Below, in pieces: positions 1 to 14,392 of a DNA stretch of 64,000 nt (its first letter is position 1; every line of letters begins with the position of its first letter). The translations under genes were made by a program, and so were the position numbers. The stretch is from the human T2T-CHM13v2.0 reference genome, Homo sapiens. Location: NCBI RefSeq assembly GCF_009914755.1, contig NC_060928.1; one strand, given 5' to 3'. A model generated the notes under the pieces. That model made no database searches, was not told where the DNA came from, and worked only from the letters and a program-made list of their open reading frames with translations.

Positions 1-2095
1 CATGTACTTTTTCCCAATGTGTTCTAGAAATTCAATGCAGTCCAAATGAAAATTCTAGCAAGTTATAAGGTTTATATGGAAATTGATTTTCCCAGAAAAG
101 CAAACACAACACTGAAGAAAAACAAAGAGAGGACTTACACTACCTGCTTTAAGACTGACTAAGAAGATACAAGGATCAAGACAGTGTGGTATCAGTAAAA
201 GAATAGACAAGTAGATCAATCGAATAGTATAGAAAGTCCAGAAATAGTAACATACACACAAATACTGTCAGCTAATCTTTGATGAAAGAGCAAACACAAT
301 TCAATAGAAAAAAAACAGACTGCCACAAGCGATGCTAGAAAAACTGGCATGCACGTGTAAAACAATAATAGCTAAACAACCACCAATCAAACCTATACAC
401 AGATCTTACAACTTTCACAAAAATTAACTCAGATTCAATCATATAATTAAATGTAAAATGCAAAACTATAAAACTTCTAAAAGATAGCATAGAAGAAAAC
501 CTAGGTGACTGTGAGCAATGTCTTTTTAGATAGAACACCAAAAGTACTAGCCAAGAAAGTGAACAAATAAGTTGGGCATTGTTAAAATTAAAAAAAAATT
601 GATCTGTGAAAGACATGTTTATTGTTAGAATAAAATGCCAACCAACAGTCAGGGAGAAAATATTTGCAATTCATACCTGATGATATACCTATATTAGTCT
701 GTTCTCATTATTACTATAAAAAACTACCTGAGTGAGATTGGGTATTTATAAAGAAAGGAGATTTAATCGACTCACAGTTCTGTAGACTGTAAAGGAATCA
801 TGGCTGGGGAGGCCTTAGGAAACTTACAATCTTGGCGGAAGGCAAAGGGGAAGCAGGCATGTCTTATTTAGTTGGAAAAGCAATCAGATCTCATGAGAAC
901 TCACTATCATTAAAACAGCAAGTGGGAAATTCACCTCCATGATCCAATCACATCCCATTAGGCCCTTCCTTCAACACTGGCGATTCCAATTTGAAATGGG
1001 ATTTGAGTGGTGACACAAATTCAAACCATATTAGTAGCATTATACAAAACATACAAAAAAAAAACCCTTAAAACTCAACTGTATGAAAACAAACAATTTT
1101 AAGAAGACAGACAAAAAAAAATCAGAAAATACATCTAACCAAAGAAGATACAAATAACAAATAAGCATTTGAAAGATGCTCAAAATTATATTTCGTAAAG
1201 GAATTTAAAGTTACAGCAACAATGAAATTCCATTACAAAGCTAACAGAATGACTAAAATCCAGAACACTGACAATACTAAATTCCAGTGAGAATGCGAAA
1301 GAACAGGAATAGTTTTTTATTGCTGATGGAAATGCCAAACAGTACAGCCACTATGGAAGACAGGTAAGCAACTTCTTTCAAAACTAAACCAAGGCTTGCT
1401 ATACAATCCAGCAATTACACTCCTAGATATATATGCTGAGTTGAAAACTAATGTCCACACAATACCTTGCCCATAAATGTTTACAGAATATTTATTCAGA
1501 GCCACCAGAAATTAGATGCAGTCAAGATCCCTTCCAATGGTGAATGAATAAACAAAGTGTGGTACTTCCACACAATGAAAATATATTTTAGTGATAAAAA
1601 GAAATGGGCTATGAAGCTGTAAAAAGACATAGAGGAACTTCAAATACATATTGCTGAGCAAAAGAAGCCAATCTGAAAGACTCTAAATTGTATGATTCCA
1701 ACTATATAACATTCTGCAAAATACTGCACTCTGAAGACCTAGAAAGATCAGTGTTTGAGAGGAGTTTACATATGATAGGAAAGGATGAATAAATGTACCA
1801 CAGGGCATTATTAGGGCAGTGAAAATATGCTACTGTAAAGGTGGATTATTGACTTTATGCATTTGTGAAATTTCATAGAACTATACAACACAAAGGGTGT
1901 AACCTAATGTAAACCATGATGTATCAATATGGGTTCATCACTTGTAATTTGGTCATCAAATCTACCACACTGATGCAGGATATTAATATGAAGCAAATTG
2001 GCAGTGTAGGAGAGGGGAGAGTATATGGAAACTCTGTACTTTCTGTAAAATGATTTTGTAGCTTAAAACTGCTCTAAAAATAGTGTATTCAAAAT
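1..2095 (+). mobile_element. Old L1 (L1MC-like) ORF2 3' part and 3'UTR, interrupted by a MaLR LTR
   Basis: Degenerate L1 ORF2/3'UTR motifs (acagtgtggtatc, aatctttgatgaaagagcaa, atacaatccagcaattacactcctag, aaagaagccaatctgaaa); A-rich strand; boundaries approximate. Confidence 0.75.
690..1033 (-). mobile_element. MaLR solo LTR (MSTA/THE1-like)
   Basis: Begins tatattagtctgttctca and ends caaaccatatta (reverse of TGATATGGTTTG...ACTAATACA); internal aggaaacttacaatcttggcggaaggcaaaggggaagcagg. Confidence 0.85.
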
Positions 2096-2099
2096 TATT

Positions 2100-3330
2100 T
2101 TTGGCAAAACTGGAAACAACCAGGCTTTTCTTCAAGAGTATAGCAGATAAACACATCAAGTTATATCCATTCAATAGAATACTTTTCTGTAATTACATGA
2201 AATATGCTCCTTATTCATATATCAACATGGATGAATATGAAATACATTTTTATAGGTGAAAAAAGCCTGACCCAAAGACTACATGTTGTATTCCATTCAT
2301 ACAACATTTTGGGAAGATAAAACTATATGAATGGAATTCAGTGGTTTTCAGATATTGGATAACGGTATTGACTACAAAAGTGATGCACGGGGAACTTAGA
2401 GGGTGACAGAAATATTCTATATAGTATTAGACTAATGGATACACGCTTCTAAGAATTGGTCAAAACCTATAGTTTACAGATTGAAAAAAAAAAACAAGCA
2501 GGATGCCAGAGATCTCAAGATGGAATGCAACTGTGACAAATTAATTAAACTATATTTTTATTGTACGAAATAACCTCTCTGAAGGGGATGGGGATAACAA
2601 AGGAACTGACCTAGGTAACTTTGGAAAATAATGTTTTGATTGTAAATGCTAGTCCAAAGACAAAATGTACTATATAAACACCATACTATGATTATATTTA
2701 TTATTTGGCAGAAGAGAATATGAGTTAACAATTGTGAACCTTCTTTACACTTAAAGTGGGGTTGAACAAATAAGTAAATGAATGAAGGATGGTAGGAACC
2801 AGGTGTCTTATTGTAATAGACAGAAGCTACAGATATGCAAGAAGATAAGTCTAGGATAAACCCTTTTGTCCTGAATTTGAGTCACAGAAATAAAAAAGGC
2901 ATATTCTCAACTTAAAATATATATAGATACAGATTTATTGACAAACAGATACGGAAATAATATGAAGTTAAGATGTGAGGATACAGCATGTATTTCCTAG
3001 ATTTGTCTGCTGAGGAAGCAGTGACCTTACTAGCAAAGAATGCACCTAGCACTTAGATCTTGGTTTCTAAATACCATTCTCCAATTAGAGGAGCCAGAGC
3101 TCCTCAGAGGAATTGCTGTTTCCTAGGTTTAGGACAGAGGAAATAAAGTAAAGATGTGCTCAAACAATAGAATGACAGCATATCAAAGGGAAACACAAGT
3201 TAAGCTAAAAGAGCTCCTGATGACCAGACCTGGAACAATAAATTAAGCAACAAAATAAATAGCGTGGCACTGGATTACAACTCAAGATATAAAATAAATG
3301 TGCATGAGACTATACTGATATAAATAAAAG
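2100..3330 (+). mobile_element. Old L1M (L1MC/MD-like) 3' fragment
   Basis: L1M 3' motifs (aaactggaaacaacc, tggatgaatatgaaatac, tttctaaataccattctcc, tggattacaactcaagatataaaataaat). Confidence 0.55.
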
Positions 3331-4656
3331 TTGGAATATAAACACTTTGGATTACAAAAAAATTACTGAAAATATTTGTTGTTATTGTTTAAAGAGCAGA
3401 TACATATGAAGGTAGGAACAGCAAAAGAACTAAACTAAGAAAACATACTGACTTTCAAAATTATGAATAACACTGAGTACTGTATGGGGCAATGGACTGC
3501 TGAAATTCATTTTAATTTTGCTCACACTTTGACATGTTAATGCTTGTTTTCACTTCTGATTTAAGTTCTTCTTTACAAAATGGTTCAGATTCACTGGCAG
3601 GGTGTGAAAGACTCCACCAATGGTCAGTTTCAAGGATGAGACACATACTGCAATGTCATGTCGGATACAATTCTGTGTTCTCTGAACTAGGTTTCCAGAG
3701 TAAATTTTTTTGTTTTTTCATTTTTTGTTCTTGTTGTTCCTCACCCTATCGTCATTTAAAGGCAGGCCAAAGTTTCCATTCACCATTATTCCCAAGATTA
3801 TTCGCAGTTAAAAAAATAAAGAATTGCCTATACTGGGTGAGTCAACCATAATTCTGGTTAGAAATATACATGTTGAATTTCTGCCTTGACACCAATCCAA
3901 CAGGAGTGATAAACTCATGCATCAAAGGTTTGCTTTTAATAGTTCAAGGAAATTAATTATATGTAGCAATATATACTTCGTTATAACATACCCTCTATTT
4001 TTCTGTAATACTTATTTCTCTTCATCTATTTTTTGTTTACTCTCAGGATAAAGTATAATGAGTTCTAAGTAAATGCATCTGTGTAACTGGGAATGAATAT
4101 ATTAAAAACAAAATATCTAATCAAAACTAGTCTATATGTTCATGAGTTTCAAGTCTTGACTAAGATATACCAAAAATCTGGCACATGCTTGAAAGCATTC
4201 CTTTCAAATTAAAAAATGAAAATATAATCCAAATATTTTAACACATTTTACTACCTTCATTTTGTTGAATGTTGAAATCAGAGATCCACACAAGCAGAGA
4301 AGCAGCCTAGATTTCATATTAAGAATTAAATTTCTAAATTAAATAATACAATGCTAAAGCTGTGGGTCTATGTGCGCAGTCTTTCTTGCATGTTTGCCAA
4401 ATAAAGTTGGCAGTGTTCTATGGTTGATTTTTGTATTTGCAAGGGAAGTAGCACATTTTACATGCAGATGTTGAAGATTTTTTTTGGTGATTTGCAATAT
4501 TTTGTGAACAAGCACCTAACAGAGCACTGCGCAAAAGTATATACAATGGATTATTTAATAATGTTATTGAGTTAAAAGTATCACATAGTGCAATGTGGTC
4601 TTTTCTGATATAAAGCCTTTGCCCCCGTGCATGGCACAGTGAAATTGCCATAGCTC

Positions 4657-5040
<384 letters not shown>

Positions 5041-5131
5041 TTATTATTCTCCATCTAATAGCTTTACCATGTTGCTGGTGGGTTGATCATGTTTTTTTAG
5101 TTTAAACAATTGCATATTTTAGTCGAATATG

Positions 5132-5185
5132 AAATGTTCAAGCATTAGAAATAAATGTTCAAACATTAGAAATAAATGTTCAAAC
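5132..5185. repeat. 21-bp tandem repeat, about 2.5 copies
   Basis: aaatgttcaagcattagaaat / aaatgttcaaacattagaaat / aaatgttcaaac. Confidence 0.9.
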
Positions 5186-6102
5186 AAAGCCAAGTCAAAA
5201 TTTAAAATTCAACATCAAATAATGAATTTCTAATATACAAAAATAAAACATTTTTACTCAAAAATTATATTAGATCTTTTTATTAAAAACTAGATTAAAA
5301 TTTATCTTTTGAAATTTTATGTATAATTTTGAATTTCTGATCATTTTGGAATTTGAGAACACAAAATTAATATTCTACTTTTTATTTATTAAATGATCTT
5401 TTCTTTAAAAACTCAGGGTCTAATATCACTGTATGTCCAATAATTCAAGGTTATTTTAAGTGATAATTGGCATGTTATTACCCCAAACAGTTCTAATCTA
5501 TTATTCTGCTTTTCCTTATTACATAAATGATTATCATTAATTAAGCTAAAATGAGAACGTTCTCTTCCTAAATTTATTTAGACATTGTGCTGTTCTTAAT
5601 AGTTGTCTAGTGGTCAATTTTTTTACTCTATATATAATTACTTGTAAATTGCTCACATTTTTTGAATGTTAAATTCATTGGTTTCATAATTTTAATTATG
5701 GCTGCAATAATAAACCTTTATTCTTCAATTGACCAATTAATTATTCATAGATAATTCACATAGTTTACAAGTTATATCTAGAATTCTCATCTATATTCTG
5801 ATAATGAATATATACATATATATTTTCTCATCTATATTCTGGTAATGAATATAGCTATTTAAAATGATTTAAATGATAGTTTTTGTTCATAATAACTGAC
5901 ATTGTTATTTAAGTTAAATTAGATATAAGCTATGTAATCCCTGATGGATGCAAAATCAAGATTGAAATAGAGGCACAATCCAAATCGAGTAGAAAATAAA
6001 ATGTGTTCAACCATAAAGATTAAAGTCAATACTTTCATTTTATGTTGACATTAATTTACGTACCATTCAACCTCTGTAACTTTTGCATTTACAAAATGAC
6101 TT

Positions 6103-6137
6103 TTTCTATTGCTCTTAGAAATTAAGAGCAATAGAAA
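6103..6137. repeat. Perfect inverted repeat, 15-bp arms, 5-nt loop
   Basis: tttctattgctctta-gaaat-taagagcaatagaaa. Confidence 0.95.
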
Positions 6138-7199
6138 CTACAGTCTGAGAAAAATTAGCTAACAATAAAGTTTAATAAAACATCCATTTCTACTCCGCAG
6201 TTTACACATACACATAAGCACATTCACAAATATGTAAAGATTTAATAACAATACTAATAACAAAAACAATGTTAAATACTATAATATCTTAACTGCCAGT
6301 CTAAGACTGATCCAAAATGAGATGCTGAACATTCTTCCGCTGGCTGTAATGAAGAAGATAGTATCAGACTAAACTGCCTACTGATAAGAATAAGAAATGC
6401 TGGGTAAATCAAACAAAACAGCGGTGTAGAAGAATCAGAAAGCCACAGACAGGACGTGAGGAATTAAGCTCCTCGAACAAAGGAAAACATTGGAATATGA
6501 GTCCTATAATTCTGATTGCAGGGGTATAGTGGGTAGCCGTGGAGTATAATTTATAACAGATTCACTTGCCACAGGAGATAAAATGTTGTTTTCAGAGCTA
6601 CTAAATAAGTGACGAATTAGGGGTTAATATTAAGGAAAGTGGAACTGCAAAGAATGAAGCCCAATAACCTCTGTGCAATCTTTTATGAAGAAAATAGCTG
6701 ATTCATGAGTTTCAAATGCATGGAGTGAGAGGTGGAAATTTCCAAGCATAAAGCAGTTCCTAGAAGACTGAAAGCCCAAGCAAAGATTTTGGCAGTTTGA
6801 AAGTTATAGTACAGGCAAAAATTAGACATCAGCATTCAACCAAGAGAACAGACTTAGTAAATAACCCCTGCACTAAGTGGAAATGCGTGAAGGTCAACCT
6901 CTAGGAGAAAGAAGGAAAAAAGAAATAAGTATTTTATCACAAGGACTGAAAATTAAGTCTTGAATCAGCTGAATGTCTGGTGGGGTCAAGGAAATTTGCA
7001 TATACTATTACTCTTTCAGAAAAATATTAAATTTTCTCTGAGCAAAATTCATATAATTCAGACACTGGCAATTGTCTGGCAATCAATCTCAAAATTACAG
7101 GTTCACCAAGACATAGGAACAACCGAGAGAAAACCAGAGAAAAAAATATATAAATAAAACAGACTAAAAATCATTCCTCAAAATGGAAACATCAGCTAT

Positions 7200-8010
7200 A
7201 AACTTCAAAATAATTGCTGCTGACAAGACCAATAGGTGCTAAAATTACTGGACAAAAAGTATCATGGAAAAGAAGATACTTATGTTCTTTCAAAATATCC
7301 CTTTACATCTCAAATTATCAAACACTAATTACAAAGAGACAACATAACTTCATGGTGGAGAAACTCGACAAGCACCACCCCAAAGTTAGTATTACCAGAA
7401 ATAAGATATTAGGATGACATCATACAACACCTGACATGATTCACTGAGAAAGGCACAATAGGGCTTCTGTGGTAATCTTGCCCCCAAAAAAGAAAAAAAA
7501 CATCAATTTCATTATGAGAAAACATCACACAAAACCCAGTTTACGGGGAAAATGGCTGATGGCTGGCTGATGCTATTCAAAAGTGCCAAAGTCTTGAAAC
7601 AGCAGGAAAAATCAGTAGATTAATTAGTAGTATTTTTTTCAATGTAACCTTTCTTCTTATTATTATTTTTGTTTGTTTGTTTATTTGAATCAGGTTCTTG
7701 CTCTTTCATATAGACTAAAGTGCAGTGTGATCATGGCTCAAGCAGCCTCTAGCTCCCAGGCCAAAGTGACCCTTCCACCTCAGCCTCCTGAGTATCTGGG
7801 ACTGCAGGTGCCACCATGTCTGGCTAACATTTTATTTTTTGTCAGTGGGGTTCTCACTATGTTGCCCAGGCTGACCTTCCTTCTTTCAGTAACCTTATGC
7901 GGTTATGGAAGATGTTAACATTAAAAAAGCTGAATAAAGAATACTTTCCCTATACTTTTTGCAACTTTTCTGAGGTTCCAAACTGTTTCAAAATAAAAAG
8001 TTTAAAACTG
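7200..8010 (+). mobile_element. Old L1MC-like 3' end, interrupted by an Alu fragment
   Basis: atggtggagaaactcgacaagcaccacc; terminal tttttgcaacttttctg...caaaataaaaagttt; boundaries approximate. Confidence 0.55.
7655..7874 (-). mobile_element. AluJ-like fragment
   Basis: T-rich tail, then tgatcatggctca, cctcagcctcctgagta, ctcactatgttgcccaggctg. Confidence 0.8.
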
Positions 8011-8188
8011 TTGTGAGAACATATTAATAAATTACAATACTTTCTTGAATAGTATCTTTTTTATGGAGACAAGGTTATTTTAATCTAATGTATACAAAGT
8101 GACTTAAGATATATGTATTAAAGATAAAATAAATTCAGTACTATATACCTACAATAAAATTAGTTTTCTGAGGGCAAAGTTTTTGTCA

Positions 8189-8344
8189 GGCTGGGTGTGG
8201 TGTTTCATGCCTGTGGTCCCAGCACTTTGGGAGGCTGAAGTGGGAGGACTGCTTGAGCCTGGGAGGTGGAGGCTATAGTGAGCCTAGATCACTCCACTGC
8301 ACTCCAGCCTGGGCAACAGAACCTGTCTCAAAAAAAAAAAAAAA
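8189..8344 (+). mobile_element. Alu monomer (FRAM/FAM-like)
   Basis: Single monomer ggctgggtgtggtg...cactgcactccagcctgggcaacaga...poly(A); ttgtca on both flanks. Confidence 0.85.
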
Positions 8345-9203
8345 TTGTCAGGTTTGTTCATCATTGAATCTATGGAAAGCACAATACTTTTCGTACATTC
8401 AGTATAATACTTTCCATACATTAGGCCTTAAATAAAAACTTGCCAATTAACTGACTAAATAAATGAGTGTCTTTCCCCAAGGCAAAATAATTACAACATT
8501 CCTTTGGAAATTTTGCAAGCCTTCTAAAGGATAAGGCAGTGTTGCCTTCTTCTCTCCCCTTCGTGGGCACACACTCCATTACTCTCATGCTTAGGTAAGG
8601 AGAATTCTTAGGGATACAGCTGATTTGTTTTCTTATTTTGAGAAATAATGCATTTATGTGATGGAATGATCCTTTCCAAAATGGACCACAGAATTTTAGG
8701 AAAGTTACAAAAAACAGTGTTCACCTCTCATTTTTTAAATAGTAGCTGCTGAATTAAAGATTAACAACAACAAAAATGAACAAATGTGTATTGAGAATAT
8801 AATGAAATCTAGTTGTATGATGAGAGAGGAAATTGAGGAAAAGCAAGAAGTAATAATAAGTTTTTACTAAAGACTGAGGCTGATCTTCTGTGTTCCAAAT
8901 ATTAGTTATACAGCCAATACAAACATGGGGACTCGATTACTTCAACGGGGAGAGAACGTAAGTCGCTGCAAATGGGAAATACAAATATACTTGGTGAGGA
9001 TGAAATGTTAGTGGAAAAAACTGGAAAGGAAGGAGGAAAAGCGCATAGGTTGGAGAATTTTAGAAGTACATATTTAATGGTTCCCTGAAGTCTGCAGGTG
9101 TTCCCTCTTCCCCCAGATAGTCGATGAGACCTCTCACCCGTTATAATTAGAAAAAGCAAAGAAGTTGGACTAAAGGAACAATTTCAGATTTCCACAACAC
9201 TTA

Positions 9204-9248
9204 CATACACACAAACACACACACACACATGCACACACAGACCACACA
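9204..9248. repeat. Imperfect (CA)n microsatellite
   Basis: acacacaaacacacacacacacatgcacacacag. Confidence 0.85.
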
Positions 9249-10589
9249 TTATTTTTCAGTTTTGAAACATTTATTCCTGCAGTAAAATTTTTTTAAACTT
9301 CATTTTGGTCATGATTTGATGTATATTCACTTTAAGAAAAGGTTGGTGTCCCCCCCTTCATTTTAGCTGAGGGCATCTTTCTGTATTAGCCCATATATAT
9401 GTGTGCCATATTATTTATAATAGCCACATCTTTCTATATTGTTTGACTCTAATATTATTTATTTAATAAGGAACCTGAAATCTTATGAGAAACTGAAATA
9501 TTATGAGACCAATCCTGATAAATTGTTGGAAGCTATCTTTCTGTGGAGTCTGTTCACCTGTAACACGTTTCTATAATAAAAATTAGTTCACAAGCAACTA
9601 ATACATAGAATGATATCAGTATAATGTAATTATGAACTTCAACAGAGGAAGGCAAATTTATTCATCAACTTAGCTGCTGCACTGGCATCAGTGAACATGT
9701 TAGTTCAATTTTGAGAAAAATAAGAGCAACCACCTGTACTAGGATTTTCTCCCCAGAAAGGTGCACTGTGAGTGTGGAGTGGTTATCTGTTCCTTCCAGG
9801 TTGCCTTGAATCCCACAGAGAAGACCTGGGTGGTAGTGGGTGCAGATAGCAACAGAGATTTAACACAGCTTCTGGTTTACGTTCTTACTGTTCATTAAAT
9901 CCTCTGGTTTAAAAATTGCATAGATTTTGCATGGATGCCTCCATTTTCCCATTAATTTTACTTATTATTTCTCATTATTTGTACTTATTAATCTCAGTAT
10001 CTGATTTTATAAAGCACGAGCTTTTCCAAGAATGCATATTATTTCCAAAGAGAAACTCCTCATGTACCATATTCTATTAAATATTGTAAGTGTGTCAAAT
10101 AGCAAATGAACACAAACTTTTTCCCAATGTAAAATATTACTTTTACAGATTTGAAACTCTTAGCCTCTATTTGGTAATTGAGTCTGAACTATTCTGAATT
10201 AAAGGTGTCTTTTCACTTACAAGGTGATATTCCTTACCATCCCAATAAACAAAGATTCAAATCTATTAATAGTGAAACATCCAGTTCATTGTGATTACCT
10301 CCAACATTTTTCTCTTACTCTGATTATTGCTTTTTAAAGGTTTCTGTCTTAGTACTTAATACTTCAGTAGTACTAAAACAACTCTATCTTGTGGGGGAGC
10401 ATTTGTATCCAGAGTCTCAGAGAAAGTCTAGGATCCTTTGCCCTCTTCTTACTTTTTTCTCCATCAGCAAACATTATTTTAGGATAGAAAAAAATAAAAT
10501 CTCCATTTAAATAGTCCATAGATCTTTCAATGTCAGTATATCCACATTGAAACTCATAGTCTTTGTCCCGAAACATGATTCTTTTCCAT

Positions 10590-11010
10590 TTATTTATTTG
10601 ATCATTAGCAATTAACTCATCCAATAAATACCTGTGGAGTCTTTGTCATGTTGTCAATATTGCACTGGGTGCTGTTGAGAAACAGTTTGCTAAGCATTGT
10701 TTCCTATGCCTTCACAAATTTGCAGTCTGGTAGAAGATGCCTCCTCTGAGGAATCTGACATTTGAGCTGAGACTTGAAGGATGAGTAAATATTAACTAGG
10801 TGAAGGCAGGAGCAGAAGAGAATTAACTCCTGGCATCCTGCCAAGCAGGAGCTGAGGCAGAACCAATTACAGTATGCCAGAAGAAATGAAAGGTGGCTAG
10901 TGTCTCTGGAGTGCCAGGTGTAAGGGAAAGAGTGCCACTGGGCAATCATGGAGACATGAACACAGATGCCCAGAACCTTAGTAGGGATCAGTAGGCCATA
11001 TCAGTGAAGT
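10590..11010 (-). mobile_element. L2 fragment
   Basis: tgacatttgagctgagacttgaaggatgagta and an atttattt/cattc-like end typical of antisense L2. Confidence 0.6.
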
Positions 11011-11237
11011 TTAATTTCATAATTAACTGTTACTGTATGCTTGTGAAGAGTCAATTATGTAAATTTTTTCACATTGTTTTTAATCCATATATGTGCCAAC
11101 ACTCTGAGAGACATACAATTATTATCACCATTTATACAGCCAGAAACCAAGGGAGGTTAGGTATTTTAGACTGATTTTAGACTGCATATATTCTAATTAA
11201 GAAAGCTCAATTTGAAAGTACAGGGAATCCAAATTAG

Positions 11238-11538
<301 letters not shown>

Positions 11539-11699
11539 AGAACACTTATTCTTTTAGCCACTAGCATCCATCTTCATTGTCTTGGCAATGGAAACCCATG
11601 ATAGAATTTTAGGCAGAGGAGTAGGAGTAATCCTCATACCCTGTTCCCCTCTGTCAGTTTACCAGCACCTTTATACTTAACAGCGGCATCTCCTCCTCC

Positions 11700-12490
11700 T
11701 TACTCAGAATCTTAGTGGCTTTAACTACAAAACATAGCTCTAATTCACCATCTTGGGCTAAATCCATGGAAACTATAGTTGGCTTTGTGTCTGACCTATT
11801 ATGTGTTTCTAATGCCTTCCATTACAACCAATATATCCAATATTATTGTCCTAGTCTAAACTCTTCTCCATCAGCAGTGCGAATCATCTCCTTCAGTAGC
11901 AAGGCCGATTAGGTCAAATCATACTTAAACACCGTAAGCTCCTTTCCATTGCACGTAGAATAAAATCTTCATCCTTCACTCTCTTAGAATCTCTGTAGGA
12001 TCCGTTCATTGACTCTGACTTCAGCCCAATTTTCTGCCAATCTCCCTTTCACTCATTAAGCTCCAGAGATATCAGCCTTGTCTCCATTTTTCAAACATCA
12101 AGCATGTTCCCAATTTATCGTCATAGACCATGCTCTGTCTTTACTAAAATGCTACCTCTCCGTGCCCACCACATTTTCCTACTGGCACTCATTCATCTAT
12201 CAGGTCTCAACACACAATTATTTCCCCAAGGACATATTGTGTTATATTCTGGGCTAGGTTAAGATTTACTTTTTCTTACAAATTTCTGTTTTGTTTTGTC
12301 CGTTGTATCCTCACAAACTAATTACTTAAACACAATTTTTACTAAATGGTTTTTGTATAATTAATTATCCAATGACTGGCTTCCTTTGCATTTGTTTCTT
12401 GTCAAGTTTCCATGAGAACAGGGGTTACATATCAGTTTTGATAACTATTTTATCAGCATTGTATAGCACACTCGTGGACACCAAGATCCA
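11700..12490 (+). mobile_element. L2 fragment
   Basis: tttccattgcacgtagaataaaatc, cattcatctatcaggtctcaa, ttccatgagaacagggg; highly diverged. Confidence 0.55.
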
Positions 12491-13999
12491 TATTTGCAAA
12501 CTAGACATGGTTATTAATTCTATCCTGTATTTGGCAATAATAGGAGATTGAGCTTCAAATGTGAATTCTATAAATTCTGTGCAACACTTGCCTCACTGTG
12601 CGAGAAAGCTATGTGTTCTATCTAAAAGTAAAAACAGTTTAAATGTCAGAATAAAACTACCAAGTTTTCACACATGAACTCTCTGCCCTACTTGTATTTG
12701 CAGTTAAATGTTGAAAACTGGTTACAAACTATGAAAATCATATTAGTATAGCTGGATGGACTGAATAGGAGAAAGTGCTTCAGACTATCAATTGCTATGT
12801 CTGCTATTAATGATTATTTTTTTTAAATCTTCCAAATGTAATTAAAATCATATTGTATAACAGAAGGCCCATGACCCAAAGGAAAATAAAGTGGTGACAT
12901 GGACTATTTACAGATGATGTTACAATGCGGTAAGAAATATCATATAAATTAAGAACAATAAATATCTAGTTTTCCAAAAGTTAAAGTTTTAAAGAGCTAA
13001 TGTTTTCTTAGGTCTGAAAAATATGTATGCATGAGAAACAGGAAGGTTTGCTCTTGAAATTATTATTCCTCCCCTCATTTATTGCCTGTTCTAAAATGGC
13101 ACCAGGTCAAAACAATGAGACACTTTGCTGATAGTATCGCTATAAATACATAGATTTATTGATGGAATTATGACACTGCAGAAGCTTTTCAATTAGTATT
13201 AGAGTCATTAACTAGGCAGGAAATATATGGATAGTGGCACTTTTTTCAATTATACTTATAAACATGTATTACTGCACATAAGAAGAAGTAATAGAAACAC
13301 TTGTATATAACAGTGTTTAAATGAAATACCAATAAAATGCTGTTTTTTTTTCTCTCAAACAATGTAGCTGATAGCACTTTGCTACTCCCACAACTTTAAA
13401 TCTTGAGGATTGGATCTGTTCCCTGAGTGTTCTTGGCTTCCTGCAAGTCATTGAGTTTAGTGGTATTAACAAAGTCATGTAAAATTCTTTGTGCCAGCTT
13501 TTCATAGCTTGTTATTTCATATTATTCAAATATCTGCTCAAATATCAGTTCATCAAAGAAACTTCCTCTTACTAGCCTAGCCTACCAAAAATGTCCACAA
13601 CTTTATGAATACTACTTACTCACTGTTCCGCTGTTTGAACTCTTAGGGGTAAACGTATCCAGGTTTGTGGAATTTAGCAACTCTTACCTTTGACACATTG
13701 TGAGGTAAGCGTTACACAGAATTCAAATTACTTGCTTTCATTATAGCATGCTAACTATAATGGGGTGACTCAATAGCCCACATATATTGCTTATTAACAA
13801 CTGGTAATAAAAGAAATCTCAGTAAAATCAGCAGAGTGTTTTTTCATATACAAAGAATATAATAATAGTGGTAATAATAAAGATATATAAACAGACACAA
13901 TAAAACGAAAAACTAAAACCAAATGTCCCCAGACCTTGGCAAATAAAACCGTAAATACAGGCAGAGTGTAAAGATCCAAAAGGTATTCCAATAAATTAG

Positions 14000-14392
14000 G
14001 CAATGCTGGGCTACCACAACTCATAGACTCAAGTACATAGTGGTTCAACATAATAGAAGAGTAGATCATCTAACAGTCCAGGGTAATTGGTGAGGGGATG
14101 AGAGCATATTTTCCACAGTCATTCAGGGACCCATGCTGAGGACCACTGTGCCATCTTCAATTGTAAGGCTAGTCCAGACCACCAGGTGATTATTCTGTTG
14201 CCAGAATCAACCAGAGGAGGAAAAGGACAGGCCTAGAAGAAGCATGCATTATTTTTGTTCTCCTTCCATTGACCTGAATTCAGTCATATTATCACAGCTA
14301 AATGTAAAGAATTCTAACAAATTTGGCTCAGTTGTCTTCCCAGGGAAAAGAAACAGAGATTTTTATGGTCAATGAGCAGACTCTGCCACAGT
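14000..14392 (-). mobile_element. Old MLT1-type LTR remnant
   Basis: acagtcattcagggaccc, tgccatcttcaa, agtcatattatcacagctaaatgtaa, ctctgccaca end. Confidence 0.5.

Noticed and set aside
3534-3851. 105-aa ORF in non-repeat sequence
   Set aside because: No recognisable domain, runs through a T-rich tract, no convincing exon structure
5783-5852. About 29-bp direct repeat, and similar short duplications near 32245, 37005 and 51708
   Set aside because: Ordinary slippage duplications with no evidence of function
13680-13712. Splice-donor-like motifs on both strands
   Set aside because: Expected by chance; no accompanying exon evidence
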